In this document: one piece after another, positions 1 through 8,232 of the stretch
How the letters are laid out: each line of letters begins with the position of its first letter
How positions within the stretch are numbered: the first letter of the stretch is position 1
Source: Chloroflexota bacterium
GTDB lineage: Bacteria > Chloroflexota > Dehalococcoidia > Dehalococcoidales > UBA2162
DNA: 39,994 nucleotides
Direction of reading: 5' to 3'
Assembly: GCA_043797985.1 (NCBI GenBank)
Contig: JAZDPB010000035.1
Span: forward strand, 1-39,994
The notes under the pieces: model-generated
Seen by the model: only the letters and a program-made list of their open reading frames with translations
The model's database searches: none
What the model was told of the DNA's origin: nothing
Position numbers and translations under genes: made by a program

Positions 1-411
1 GAAAAAGGTTCATCCGACCGCTTCCCGATAGTATGTACAACCTACCGGGTTTGCGAACACTGGCAGGCTGGACAGATGACCCGGAACCTGCCCTGGCTTG
101 TCGAGGCTATGCCCGAACCCTTTGTTGAGATGAGTGAAGAACTCGCTGCAGAAAAGAGCATCGCTAATGGAGAAAAGGTTATTGTGGAATCGGCGCGCGG
201 CCAGGTAAAAATGGTTGCTGTGGTCACTAAGCGCTTTAAGCCGTTCCAGTTGGACGGGCAGAAGGTTCACCAGATAGGTATGGTCTGGCACTGGGGTTAC
301 ACCGGTCTGTCTACTGGTGATAGCGCCAATCTCCTTACTCCCCATGTTGGTGATGCCAACACGATGATTCCAGAATATAAAGCTTTCTTGGTCGATGTTC
401 GTAAGGCTTAG
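1..411 (+). CDS. Formate-dehydrogenase-type molybdopterin oxidoreductase, catalytic (alpha) subunit, C-terminal fragment; the 5' end lies outside the window
   Basis: Frame 1 is open from base 1 (EKGSSDRFPIVCTTYRVCEHWQAGQMTRNLPWLVEAMPEPFVEMSEELA...VIVESARGQVKMVAVVTKRFKPF). This matches the typical C-terminal molybdopterin-dinucleotide-binding barrel of FdnG/FdhA-like enzymes. FeS, cytochrome b and FdhE genes follow. Confidence 0.85.
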   Translation, partial: EKGSSDRFPIVCTTYRVCEHWQAGQMTRNLPWLVEAMPEPFVEMSEELAAEKSIANGEKVIVESARGQVKMVAVVTKRFKPFQLDGQKVHQIGMVWHWGYTGLSTGDSANLLTPHVGDANTMIPEYKAFLVDVRKA

Positions 412-431
412 TCGAGTATTGATTGGAGGAA

Positions 432-1277
432 ATGATGGCAGATAAAGCAATTTTATATGACGCAACTCGCTGTACTGCCTGCCGGGGCTGTCAGGTAGCC
501 TGTAAGCAGTGGAATGAAGATGACGAATTAATAACCACAGTACAGAATGGTGTTAAGGCTAGTAACCGTGGTAGCTATGAAAACCCGCCCGACCTGCAAC
601 CAACTACCTGGTTAAAGATGGCTTTTAATGAAGTCAGTCAGGATAGCAAGATAAAATGGCTATTTAACCGTCGCTCCTGTATGCACTGTACTGATGCCGG
701 TTGCGTTAAGGTGTGCCCCAATGGGACATTGTACCATAATGAATTTGGTACAGTGTCTTATAATAAGGATACATGCACCGGTTGCGGTTACTGTGTGGAT
801 GCATGCCCATTTAATGTGCCGCGCCTGGACAAGAATTTAATCACCGGTGTAGGCAAAATGGACAAATGCTCGTTTTGCACCACTCCGGGACTAAACCGGA
901 TTGTAGAGGGTATGGCGCCAGCCTGTGTTAAAAGCTGCCCACCCAAAGCTCTGGAATATGGCGGCCGCGATGTTCTTGTGGTGGAAGCGAAGCAACGGGT
1001 TGAGACACTTAAATCCAAAGGATTTGTAAACGCCAACCTCTATGGCGACAAGGAACTTGATGGTTTGCATGTGTTATACGTCCTTGAGGAAGCGCCTCAA
1101 GTTTACGGGCTTCCGGCCAGTCCTAAAGTTTCGGGAATAGCCATTGCCTGGCAAGATGTTATTCAGCCTGTGGGTTGGGCAGTGGGAGGTCTAACCTTAT
1201 TAGGGTTAGCATTGAATTTTGTTATTGCAAGACAAGCGAAACTAGCCAAAGAACTCCCCACTGGAAAGGAGAAATAA
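432..1277 (+). CDS. Formate dehydrogenase-type iron-sulfur (beta) subunit, 4x[4Fe-4S] ferredoxin with C-terminal membrane anchor (FdnH/FdoH-like)
   Basis: Several CxxCxxCxxxC(P) motifs (CTACRGCQVAC, CMHCTDAGCVKVCP, CTGCGYCVDACP, CSFC...CVKSCP). C-terminal hydrophobic helix VGWAVGGLTLLGLALNFVI. GGAGG at 425-429 lies just ahead of the ATGs at 432/435; the ORF track opens at TTG 423. Confidence 0.85.
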   Translation: MMADKAILYDATRCTACRGCQVACKQWNEDDELITTVQNGVKASNRGSYENPPDLQPTTWLKMAFNEVSQDSKIKWLFNRRSCMHCTDAGCVKVCPNGTLYHNEFGTVSYNKDTCTGCGYCVDACPFNVPRLDKNLITGVGKMDKCSFCTTPGLNRIVEGMAPACVKSCPPKALEYGGRDVLVVEAKQRVETLKSKGFVNANLYGDKELDGLHVLYVLEEAPQVYGLPASPKVSGIAIAWQDVIQPVGWAVGGLTLLGLALNFVIARQAKLAKELPTGKEK

Positions 1278-1279
1278 GA

Positions 1280-1933
1280 ATGGCACAAGAAGTTGAACGC
1301 TATAGAAAGCCAACACGAGTTTTACACTGGATTCATGCTGGTGCTTTTACCGTCCTGTTTCTCACGGGGCTCATATTATTTATTCCTCAATTGGCAATTT
1401 TAGCTCAGGATAGCTGGACACGTGCTTTGCATCGTATCGCCGCGGTACTTTTTGTCGTGGCACCACTTATCTATATCCCCATTAATTGGAAGTCGACAAT
1501 GAGTGGGATAAAGGATGCGTTTAAATGGGGAACAGAAGACCTTGGTTGGTTGCAAGCAGCTCCACGTTATTATTTTCTTTGTGACGAAGAATCGATGCCA
1601 CCCCAGGGGCACATGAATACCGGACAGAAGATGTGGTGGTTAATGGTACTTGTCTTCGGGGTACTCTTTGTTGTAACTGGATTTATCATGTGGTTTTTGA
1701 AAGACATAGCCCCGGCGGTACTTTGGCAGTGGATGATATTTATTCATGATGTTTCTTTTATTGTCACTGCTTCTATGTTCTTTGTGCATATTTATCTTTC
1801 AGCCATCCATCCACTTATGCGTCCGTGGAGAACGGGAGCATGGGGTTCTATGGCGCGGGGTAAAGTATCAGCCGAATATGCCAAGGCGCATCATGGTAAA
1901 TGGTATGAGGAAGTCTCCACAGGTAAGGAGTAA
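1280..1933 (+). CDS. Formate dehydrogenase gamma subunit-like membrane cytochrome b (FdnI family)
   Basis: MAQEVERYRKPTRVLHWIHAG..., four predicted TM helices with conserved His. I chose ATG 1280, preceded by GGAGA, over the track start at 1175, which overlaps the upstream gene by about 100 nt. Confidence 0.8.
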   Translation: MAQEVERYRKPTRVLHWIHAGAFTVLFLTGLILFIPQLAILAQDSWTRALHRIAAVLFVVAPLIYIPINWKSTMSGIKDAFKWGTEDLGWLQAAPRYYFLCDEESMPPQGHMNTGQKMWWLMVLVFGVLFVVTGFIMWFLKDIAPAVLWQWMIFIHDVSFIVTASMFFVHIYLSAIHPLMRPWRTGAWGSMARGKVSAEYAKAHHGKWYEEVSTGKE

Positions 1934-1942
1934 AAGACCCTG

Positions 1943-2818
1943 GTGACCACAGGAATGGATGTCAAGATACTGAAAAGGTTGGAGGAATGGGAGGGGAAGG
2001 AAGGGTCTCTTCCTAAGACTTTCGAAGTCTACCGACGGTTGTTGAATATTCAAGCTGAGGCTAGGGCGCGTGCAGGCGTGCCGAGTCTCAGTTTGAGTGA
2101 TGAAGCTATCACTAACCGGTTGATGAATGGTTCACCAATATTGAGGTTTGATGACCTTTCCCTCGATTGGGCACTACTGTGGAAGGTATTTGGAGAAGTT
2201 GTTGGTGTCTGTGCCAGCTATCCGGAGATTTTGGATGAGGTGCCGGAGAACCTAGAAGACTCAGATTCCTGCCGTGCCCATCTGAAAGAAGCGACCAAAG
2301 CTTGGTACGAAGGAAGTCAATTATCCCCTCAATTATCGATTGGTGGACTGCACGGAGCTCTTTTAGAATTCATAATCCAGGCCGTTCTTAGACCTTTCTT
2401 GCTCAGTCATAGCGAAGCCTTAATTAGCCGTGTAGACCAGGAGCATTGGCGGCGTGGATATTGTCCAATCTGTGGCGGTAGTCCAGATTTTGCTGTTCTG
2501 GAGAATGAAAGCGGTGGAAGATGGCTTCTTTGTTCTCGATGTGATGCCCAGTGGTTATTTCAACGTCTTGAGTGTCCATATTGTGGTACACAGGAAATGA
2601 ATGCCTTAAATTATTTCACCGATGATGAAGGGCTCTACCGACTGTATGTGTGCGAGCGGTGTAGGCACTATCTGAAAGCTATTGACCTTCGGCGGGCTAA
2701 CTATGAGGTCTTACTGCCTTTGGAACGCTATCTTACTCTGGACCTCGACCTGCAAGCTAACAAGGATAAGTATATCCCTGGCGTAGAGATTAGACAGGGT
2801 GATGAAGTGCGAAGGTGA
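1943..2818 (+). CDS. fdhE: Formate dehydrogenase accessory protein FdhE
   Basis: Four CxxC pairs with FdhE spacing (CPICGG...CSRCD...CPYCG...CERCRHYLK), placed directly after the FDH structural genes. The start could be GTG 1943 or ATG 1955. Confidence 0.8.
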   Translation: MTTGMDVKILKRLEEWEGKEGSLPKTFEVYRRLLNIQAEARARAGVPSLSLSDEAITNRLMNGSPILRFDDLSLDWALLWKVFGEVVGVCASYPEILDEVPENLEDSDSCRAHLKEATKAWYEGSQLSPQLSIGGLHGALLEFIIQAVLRPFLLSHSEALISRVDQEHWRRGYCPICGGSPDFAVLENESGGRWLLCSRCDAQWLFQRLECPYCGTQEMNALNYFTDDEGLYRLYVCERCRHYLKAIDLRRANYEVLLPLERYLTLDLDLQANKDKYIPGVEIRQGDEVRR

Positions 2819-2929
2819 ATGGAGCTTTATTGACAAAAAGGCAAGACTACGCTAAAAGAGGATAAGAAGAAAAATATCAATCGGTGACTTCAGGTAAACT
2901 GAGAGCACTTTTCATTGGAGGAGGTGGTT

Positions 2930-3133
2930 ATGCGAATCGGACCATTCGGAATATGGGAGATATTAATTATCTTGGTAATTATCCTCATCGTTTTCGGGGT
3001 GGGGAAACTGCCTCAGGTAGGTGGTGCTATTGGCAAGGGAATAAGGGAATTCCGAAAAGCACAGCGCGGTGAGGATGACGAAGAGGAAAAGAACAAAACC
3101 CAGGGAAAAACTACCGAACAGACCAAAGTTTAG
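2930..3133 (+). CDS. tatA: Twin-arginine translocase subunit TatA/E
   Basis: [44 protein letters not shown]: single TM helix, F-G hinge and amphipathic helix. GGAGGAGG at 2917-2924 sits 5 nt before ATG 2930. Confidence 0.9.
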   Translation: MRIGPFGIWEILIILVIILIVFGVGKLPQVGGAIGKGIREFRKAQRGEDDEEEKNKTQGKTTEQTKV

Positions 3134-3234
3134 CAACATTTGACACTTGACCTACTATCACCGCAGCGCGTAAGCGTGGGCTATTTACAATATGTTACCT
3201 TGAATTATCACCAATAGTCTCGAAGGGGCGTGTA

Positions 3235-3468
3235 ATGGACTTATTTGGTATGGGTACGGGAGAAATATTATTAGTCATCATCGTTGCCTTGATGATATGG
3301 GGGCCGGGAAGGATTATTGAAGTCAGCCGCACGCTGGGGAAAATGGTACACAATTTCAAAAAAGCGGCCTTTGATTTGACTGAGCAAATAAGTAAAGAGA
3401 CGAAAGAACAAGAAAAAGGACTCCACACTGATAGTCAAAAACAGTTAACCAAAGGCAGTCCCTCCTGA
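3235..3468 (+). CDS. Second TatA/TatB-family translocase subunit
   Basis: MDLFGMGTGEILLVIIVALMIWGPGRIIEVSRTLGKMVHNFKKAAFDL has Tat A/B family architecture and lies between tatA and tatC. Confidence 0.8.
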   Translation: MDLFGMGTGEILLVIIVALMIWGPGRIIEVSRTLGKMVHNFKKAAFDLTEQISKETKEQEKGLHTDSQKQLTKGSPS

Positions 3469-3478
3469 ATGAATTATA

Positions 3479-4225
3479 ATGAGCAATGATGGTAAACTGA
3501 CCATCTTGGGACATATCTTAGAGCTTCGGCGTCGGCTAGTTAGATGTGTCATCGTTTTAGGCATTACCACCGGCATTTCTTTTATATTCGCCCAGCAGAT
3601 TTTCGACATTTTGATTCTGCCTACAGGTGGGATTAACCTCGTTTACATCGAACTGACTGAGATGGTCAGCACCTATATGACGGTATGCTTAACCAGTGGT
3701 ATTATCCTGGCGATGCCTTTTTTTATCCATCAATTCCTTATGTTCGTTTTACCAGCGCTAACCGGGAAGGAAAGAAAGTATGTCCTATTAGTACTCCCCT
3801 GGATAGTGCTCATGTTTGCTGGTGGGGTTGTTTTTGGCTACTTTGTCTTGTTACCGCCGGCAATGAAGTTCTTAATGAGCTTCGGCAGTGGTATCGCTAC
3901 TCCCCAGATTAAAATTGGTAATTATATTTTAGTCGTGACCAAATTGCTGGTGGCAATTGGCCTAGTGTTTGAAATGCCAGTCGTGACCACGTTCCTGGCA
4001 AGGGTTGGCGTTATCACGCCAAAATGGCTTGCCGATAAACGGAAGCCAGCAATTATCTTTGCCTTTATTCTTGCTGCTATACTCACCCCAACCATTGACC
4101 CGATAAATCAGAGTCTTGTTGCTTTTCCATTGATTATTCTTTACGAGGTGAGTATCTGGCTGGCTAAGCTCGTCCACCAAAAAGCACCTGATACGGTTAT
4201 ATCTTCGTCCACACCAACTTCTTAA
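3479..4225 (+). CDS. tatC: Twin-arginine translocase subunit TatC
   Basis: 248-aa polytopic membrane protein. HILELRRRL near the N-terminus is typical of TatC. It follows the tatA genes. Confidence 0.9.
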   Translation: MSNDGKLTILGHILELRRRLVRCVIVLGITTGISFIFAQQIFDILILPTGGINLVYIELTEMVSTYMTVCLTSGIILAMPFFIHQFLMFVLPALTGKERKYVLLVLPWIVLMFAGGVVFGYFVLLPPAMKFLMSFGSGIATPQIKIGNYILVVTKLLVAIGLVFEMPVVTTFLARVGVITPKWLADKRKPAIIFAFILAAILTPTIDPINQSLVAFPLIILYEVSIWLAKLVHQKAPDTVISSSTPTS

Positions 4226-4298
4226 AGCGGCACTAAACCTATTCAGTCCGCCTTTGTTTCTTGACGAAGAGCAGAGGGCTGCTTATAATGATGCAAGA

Positions 4299-4856
4299 AT
4301 GCGCATCGGACTGATTGCTGATACCCATATTCCAAGGGATGCCAAGATGCTGCCTCCCCATGTTAAAGTAGCTTTTAATGGTGTTGACCTGATTCTTCAT
4401 GCTGGGGATATATACGTTTCCGACGTCCTGGATGAATTGGAAGCTATAGCACCGGTGATAGCAGCACTAGGGAACGGAGATAGAGAGCTTCCCCGAGACC
4501 ATCGAGTAGAGGATAGCCATACCCTCAATATAGATGGATTAAAGGTGGGGCTCACCCATGCGTTTGACTTAAACGTGCCACTGCGTACTTTCGAGAACGC
4601 AATGGAGAGAGAATTCGGCGGGACCGTGGATGTTGTTGTCTCCGGAGATACCCATATAGCTGTGGTGGAAAGGTATAAGGGTGTCCTTCTGGTGAATCCC
4701 GGTAGCCCTACCCTGCCTAATGGTCTCTTTGAATTGGGTACTGTGGGAATGTTAGAAATAGCAGAGGGGAAAGTCTCAGCTCGGATTGTTCGACTCTGTG
4801 AGTTTCAGCTTGCATTTCAAAGAGAGTTAGTCTACCGTAAGGGATTCGGTGCATGA
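4299..4856 (+). CDS. Metallophosphoesterase, YfcE/MJ0936-like
   Basis: MRIGLIADTHIP...ILHAGDI...GNGD...SGDTH motifs of the calcineurin-like phosphoesterase superfamily. ATG 4299 gives the canonical N-terminus; the track start is 4254. Confidence 0.75.
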   Translation: MRIGLIADTHIPRDAKMLPPHVKVAFNGVDLILHAGDIYVSDVLDELEAIAPVIAALGNGDRELPRDHRVEDSHTLNIDGLKVGLTHAFDLNVPLRTFENAMEREFGGTVDVVVSGDTHIAVVERYKGVLLVNPGSPTLPNGLFELGTVGMLEIAEGKVSARIVRLCEFQLAFQRELVYRKGFGA

Positions 4857-4921
4857 ACGAAGCGAGACAATAGCTGATATGTGCTGATGAGAGGTTTACA
4901 GGGCTGAACAAATCAGGGTGA

Positions 4922-4950
4922 TTGCACTGATACCTTATGGCTGGTATAAT
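4922..4950 (+). promoter_or_regulatory. Sigma-70-like promoter upstream of thrS (TTGCAC-17 nt-TATAAT)
   Basis: TTGCAC at 4922-4927, a 17-nt spacer, then TATAAT at 4945-4950 preceded by TGG. It lies about 155 nt upstream of the thrS ATG. Confidence 0.5.
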
Positions 4951-5041
4951 AAAGCCTGTAGACAATAGATTGGAGCTAATCAGATCGTTTTGTTGGGTAA
5001 ATTAATCAATATTATTAACTCAGCTTAATAGTAGTAATGGT

Positions 5042-5081
5042 AAAACCTCTTCTCCCTAAACCGGGCGGGAGGTTTTCGTTT
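5042..5081 (+). terminator. Intrinsic-terminator-like hairpin inside the thrS leader (possible attenuator)
   Basis: AAAACCTC...GAGGTTTT outer stem with a C-rich/G-rich inner stem (5042-5076), followed by TTTTCGTTT. It lies between the candidate promoter and the thrS Shine-Dalgarno (SD) sequence/ATG at 5104. Confidence 0.45.
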
Positions 5082-5103
5082 AGTAGATTAGAGGATTTCT
5101 GTA

Positions 5104-6888
5104 ATGGTTACTGATAAAGGTGAAAAAACGAATAGTAACGAAAAGCTGGAAGTAATGCGACATTCCGCCGCTCATGTTATGGCTGAGGCAGTCCGGTCTA
5201 TATTCACCGGTGCTAAGTTTGGCATCGGACCAGCTATTGACAATGGTTTTTATTATGACTTTGATTTGCCCCACTCGTTGACTCCTGATGACCTGCCGGT
5301 TATTGAGGCTAAGATGCGGGAAATAATTGCCTCGAATGTGCCCTTTACTAGAGAAGAGGTGACTAAAGAGGATGCCCTGCGTTTATTTGCTGCTCAGCCG
5401 TATAAACTGGAATTGCTCGATGACATTCCAGACGAGAAGGTTAGTTTGTATCGGCAGGGTTCCTTTGTTGATTTGTGCCGTGGGCCCCATATTAAATTCA
5501 CGAAAGAAATTCCCTTGGATGCCCTTAAGTTAGATAAAATAGCCGGGGCATACTGGAGAGGTTCAGAAAAAAAACCGATGCTCCAGAGAATTTATGGTCT
5601 GCTGTTTCAGACAAAAAAGGAGCTGGATGAATATTTAACACTCCAGGAAGAAATCAAGAAAAGAGACCACAGGAAAATAGGTAAAGACCTCGACCTTTTT
5701 GTCTTCTCGGACCTGGTGGGGAAGGGACTACCTTTGTTCACGGAAAAAGGCTCCATAATAAGAAGGGAGCTAGAGCGTTTTGTGGTTGATGAGGAAATAA
5801 AAAGAGGGTATAAGCATGTTTATACCCCTGACCTGGCGAATATAGCGTTATATAAGACTTCGGGCCATTACCCATATTATAAAGATTCGATGTATCCGGT
5901 GATGAAGGTGGAAGAAGAAGAATTAATGCTAAGACCGATGACCTGTCCACACCATTTTGAACTCTACTCAAGCAAGCCCAGGTCTTATAGAGAACTTCCT
6001 TATAGAATTGCGGAATTAGCCAAGCAATTCCGATATGAAAAATCGGGGGAACTGACCGGATTAATGAGAGTCCGGGCTTTTTGTTTGGCTGATTCCCATA
6101 TTATGTGTCAGCCAGACCAGGCGATGGATGAGATAAATGGTGTGCTAGATTTAATAGAGTATATAGCGGCAACTTTAGGGTTGGACACCGGCGACAATTA
6201 TCGCTATCGATTATCTTTAGGAGACCGAAAAGATAACACAAAATACTATAAAGATGATGGAGCCTGGGATTTTGCGGAAGACGTGTTGCGAAAAGTCCTA
6301 ATACAAAGAAAAGCTAACTATTTTGAAGCAGAAAAGGAAGCGGCTTTTTACGGTCCAAAAATTGATGTCCAGATGAAGAATTTTGCTGGTAAAGAAGAGA
6401 CGGCATTCACCGTCCAATATGATTTTGTTATGCCGAAACGTTTTAAGATGACCTATATAGATAAAGACCAGCAAGAAAAAGAGCCAATTGTTATTCATCG
6501 CTCGTCAGTTGGTGCAATCGAGAGGACTATGGCTTTTCTTATCGAACGCTATGGCGGTGCCTTCCCAGTCTGGTTAGCACCGGTCCAGGTGATGGTGATT
6601 CCGGTAGCTGACCGTCATTTGGACTACGCTCGTAAGTTAGAGGATGAACTTAAAAACGAGGGTGTGCGGGTAAAGGTTGATGCCCGGTCGGAAAGGGTGA
6701 ATCTGAAAATTCGTCAGGCACAACTTGATAAGGTGCCGTATATGGTGGTGCTCGGTGACAAAGAGTTGGCTGATTCCACGGTATCTGTCCGGTTGCGTAG
6801 TGGTGAGCGGCTAGCTTCCCAATCTTTCAATGACTTTAAGGAAACCGTGAGGGTAGCTATAACCAGTAAAGTGAACGACTTAAAATAG
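5104..6888 (+). CDS. thrS: Threonine--tRNA ligase (short form beginning at the editing/SAD domain, no TGS domain)
   Basis: HSAAHVMAEAV (HxxxH editing-domain motif), class II core motifs (RPMTCPHH, FRYE.SG...GLMRVR) and a C-terminal anticodon-binding domain. 594 aa. Confidence 0.95.
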   Translation: MVTDKGEKTNSNEKLEVMRHSAAHVMAEAVRSIFTGAKFGIGPAIDNGFYYDFDLPHSLTPDDLPVIEAKMREIIASNVPFTREEVTKEDALRLFAAQPYKLELLDDIPDEKVSLYRQGSFVDLCRGPHIKFTKEIPLDALKLDKIAGAYWRGSEKKPMLQRIYGLLFQTKKELDEYLTLQEEIKKRDHRKIGKDLDLFVFSDLVGKGLPLFTEKGSIIRRELERFVVDEEIKRGYKHVYTPDLANIALYKTSGHYPYYKDSMYPVMKVEEEELMLRPMTCPHHFELYSSKPRSYRELPYRIAELAKQFRYEKSGELTGLMRVRAFCLADSHIMCQPDQAMDEINGVLDLIEYIAATLGLDTGDNYRYRLSLGDRKDNTKYYKDDGAWDFAEDVLRKVLIQRKANYFEAEKEAAFYGPKIDVQMKNFAGKEETAFTVQYDFVMPKRFKMTYIDKDQQEKEPIVIHRSSVGAIERTMAFLIERYGGAFPVWLAPVQVMVIPVADRHLDYARKLEDELKNEGVRVKVDARSERVNLKIRQAQLDKVPYMVVLGDKELADSTVSVRLRSGERLASQSFNDFKETVRVAITSKVNDLK

Positions 6889-6976
6889 TGGCGTAAGGTG
6901 TAATTTGATTAGTGTGTAGGAATGTGTTATATTTTCTCATTGAGATATAGTTGTGCTTGTAGGAGGCAGTAGGCAT

Positions 6977-7528
6977 ATAGTTAAAGAGCTACGTATTAAT
7001 ACCGAAATAAGGGCTAAAGAGGTTCGTCTGGTAGGGGAGAAGGGGGAGCAGCTTGGGATTATGACCCTGGACCAGGCACGGACTGTAGCGAGGAATCAAA
7101 ACCTCGATATAGTTGAAGTGGCACCTACTGCAGTACCACCGGTGTGTCGTCTGCTTGATTATGGGAAATATAGGTATGAGCAGACGAAGAAAGAGCGTGA
7201 GGCTAAAAAAGGTCATAAAATTGCGCTCTTGAGAGAGATTCGTTTACGACCTAAAATTGGTAGTCATGATTTTGAGGCTAAGGCCAGGTTAGTCAAGAAG
7301 TTATTGGATGAGGGAGATAAGGTTCAGGTAGTAGTGTTATTCAGAGGGCGTGAAATCACACACCCGGAGATTGCTTGGAAGCTGCTGCAGAGGATGACAG
7401 AATCATTAAAAGAGGCAGCTTCTGTAGATGGGCAGCCATTGATGCTTGGAAGAAGGATGAGTATAGTTCTGTCACCGTTAGCTGCCCCGAAGACTAAAAA
7501 AATAAAGGAAGAGGTAGGGAAACCTTAG
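6977..7528 (+). CDS. infC: Translation initiation factor IF-3, probably starting at a non-canonical ATA
   Basis: (I/M)VKELRINTEIRAKEVRLVGEKGEQLGIM...VCRLLDYGKYRYE.... GTAGGAGG at 6959-6966 lies inside the track ORF (GTG 6953) and 10 nt upstream of ATA 6977. There is no SD before 6953. Confidence 0.85.
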   Translation: MVKELRINTEIRAKEVRLVGEKGEQLGIMTLDQARTVARNQNLDIVEVAPTAVPPVCRLLDYGKYRYEQTKKEREAKKGHKIALLREIRLRPKIGSHDFEAKARLVKKLLDEGDKVQVVVLFRGREITHPEIAWKLLQRMTESLKEAASVDGQPLMLGRRMSIVLSPLAAPKTKKIKEEVGKP

Positions 7529-7732
7529 ATGCCAAAAATTAAAACTCATAAAGGTGCACAAAGCCGTTTTTCTATTACTGGAGGCGGCAAAATTATGCGG
7601 ACCAAGGGTCCAAAGAGTCATTTGCGGGTCCGAAAAGCGAAACGAGTTAGGCGTCTTTTCGATAGCAAAATCGTAGTAGATGCTGCTGATAGAGCGCGGA
7701 TTAAAAGGCTCTTACCCTATGGAATAAAATAA
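7529..7732 (+). CDS. rpmI: 50S ribosomal protein L35
   Basis: MPKIKTHKGAQSRF...; the ATG abuts the infC TAG. Confidence 0.95.
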   Translation: MPKIKTHKGAQSRFSITGGGKIMRTKGPKSHLRVRKAKRVRRLFDSKIVVDAADRARIKRLLPYGIK

Positions 7733-7744
7733 GAGGAGAATATC

Positions 7745-8104
7745 TTGTCAAGAGTTAAAAGAGGTGTAACTGCTCGTCATCGACATAATAAGGTCTTAGT
7801 TTTGACTAAAGGGCACCGGGCAACCAAACACGCCCTTTACCGCCGGGCACATGAATCTATGCTTAAATCGTTAAGCTATGCTTATGCTCACCGTCGGGAA
7901 CGAAAGGGTGATATGAGGCGTTTGTGGATTTCGCGAGTTAATGCGGCTAGCAGACTCCACGGGCTTGCCTACGGTCGGTTTATGGATGGCTTAAAAAAGT
8001 CAGGAATTGAAATCAACCGCAAGATACTGGCCGATATGGCAGTCCAAGAGCCTGAAGCTTTTACAAATCTGGTAACTCTAGCTAAAGGTAAAGTTCAGGA
8101 ATAA
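7745..8104 (+). CDS. rplT: 50S ribosomal protein L20
   Basis: MSRVKRGVTARHRHNKVL...; TTG start 6 nt after GAGGAG. Confidence 0.95.
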   Translation: MSRVKRGVTARHRHNKVLVLTKGHRATKHALYRRAHESMLKSLSYAYAHRRERKGDMRRLWISRVNAASRLHGLAYGRFMDGLKKSGIEINRKILADMAVQEPEAFTNLVTLAKGKVQE

Positions 8105-8138
8105 GAAGCTCGTTTAATCTAATTTCCCTTTATATTCC

Positions 8139-8163
8139 TTTCCCGTGATTCGGGAAGATTTTT
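8139..8163 (+). terminator. Intrinsic terminator after rplT
   Basis: TTTCCCG-tgatt-CGGGAAG followed by ATTTTT. The hairpin is itself enclosed by an 8-bp long-range complement, GAAGCTCG (8105-8112) / CGAGCTTC (8170-8177). Confidence 0.55.
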
Positions 8164-8232
8164 GGAATGCGAGCTTCCCTCATTCAAACAGAGTAGTCGC
8201 CTATTCAATAGCGTTAATTAAAAGGCAAAAGC

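Noticed and set aside
1175-1279. Upstream extension of the cytochrome b gene (track start 1175), and likewise the 34025 start for the NuoE-like gene
   Set aside because: The 1175 start overlaps the FeS-subunit gene by about 100 nt and encodes non-homologous residues, whereas ATG 1280 has an SD. For the NuoE-like gene, the best promoter match lies downstream of 34025, and ATG 33971 has a GGAGG SD.
4957-5103. A T-box riboswitch in the thrS leader
   Set aside because: I could not find the conserved T-box sequence (…GGGUGGNACCGCG…) or a specifier-loop arrangement, and the leader is short. It is kept only as a generic attenuator candidate.
5104-6888. ThrRS lacking the N-terminal TGS domain as an anomaly
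   Set aside because: Short ThrRS forms that begin at the editing/SAD domain are known in several lineages. The ORF has a plausible SD and an intact catalytic core, so this is probably lineage-typical.
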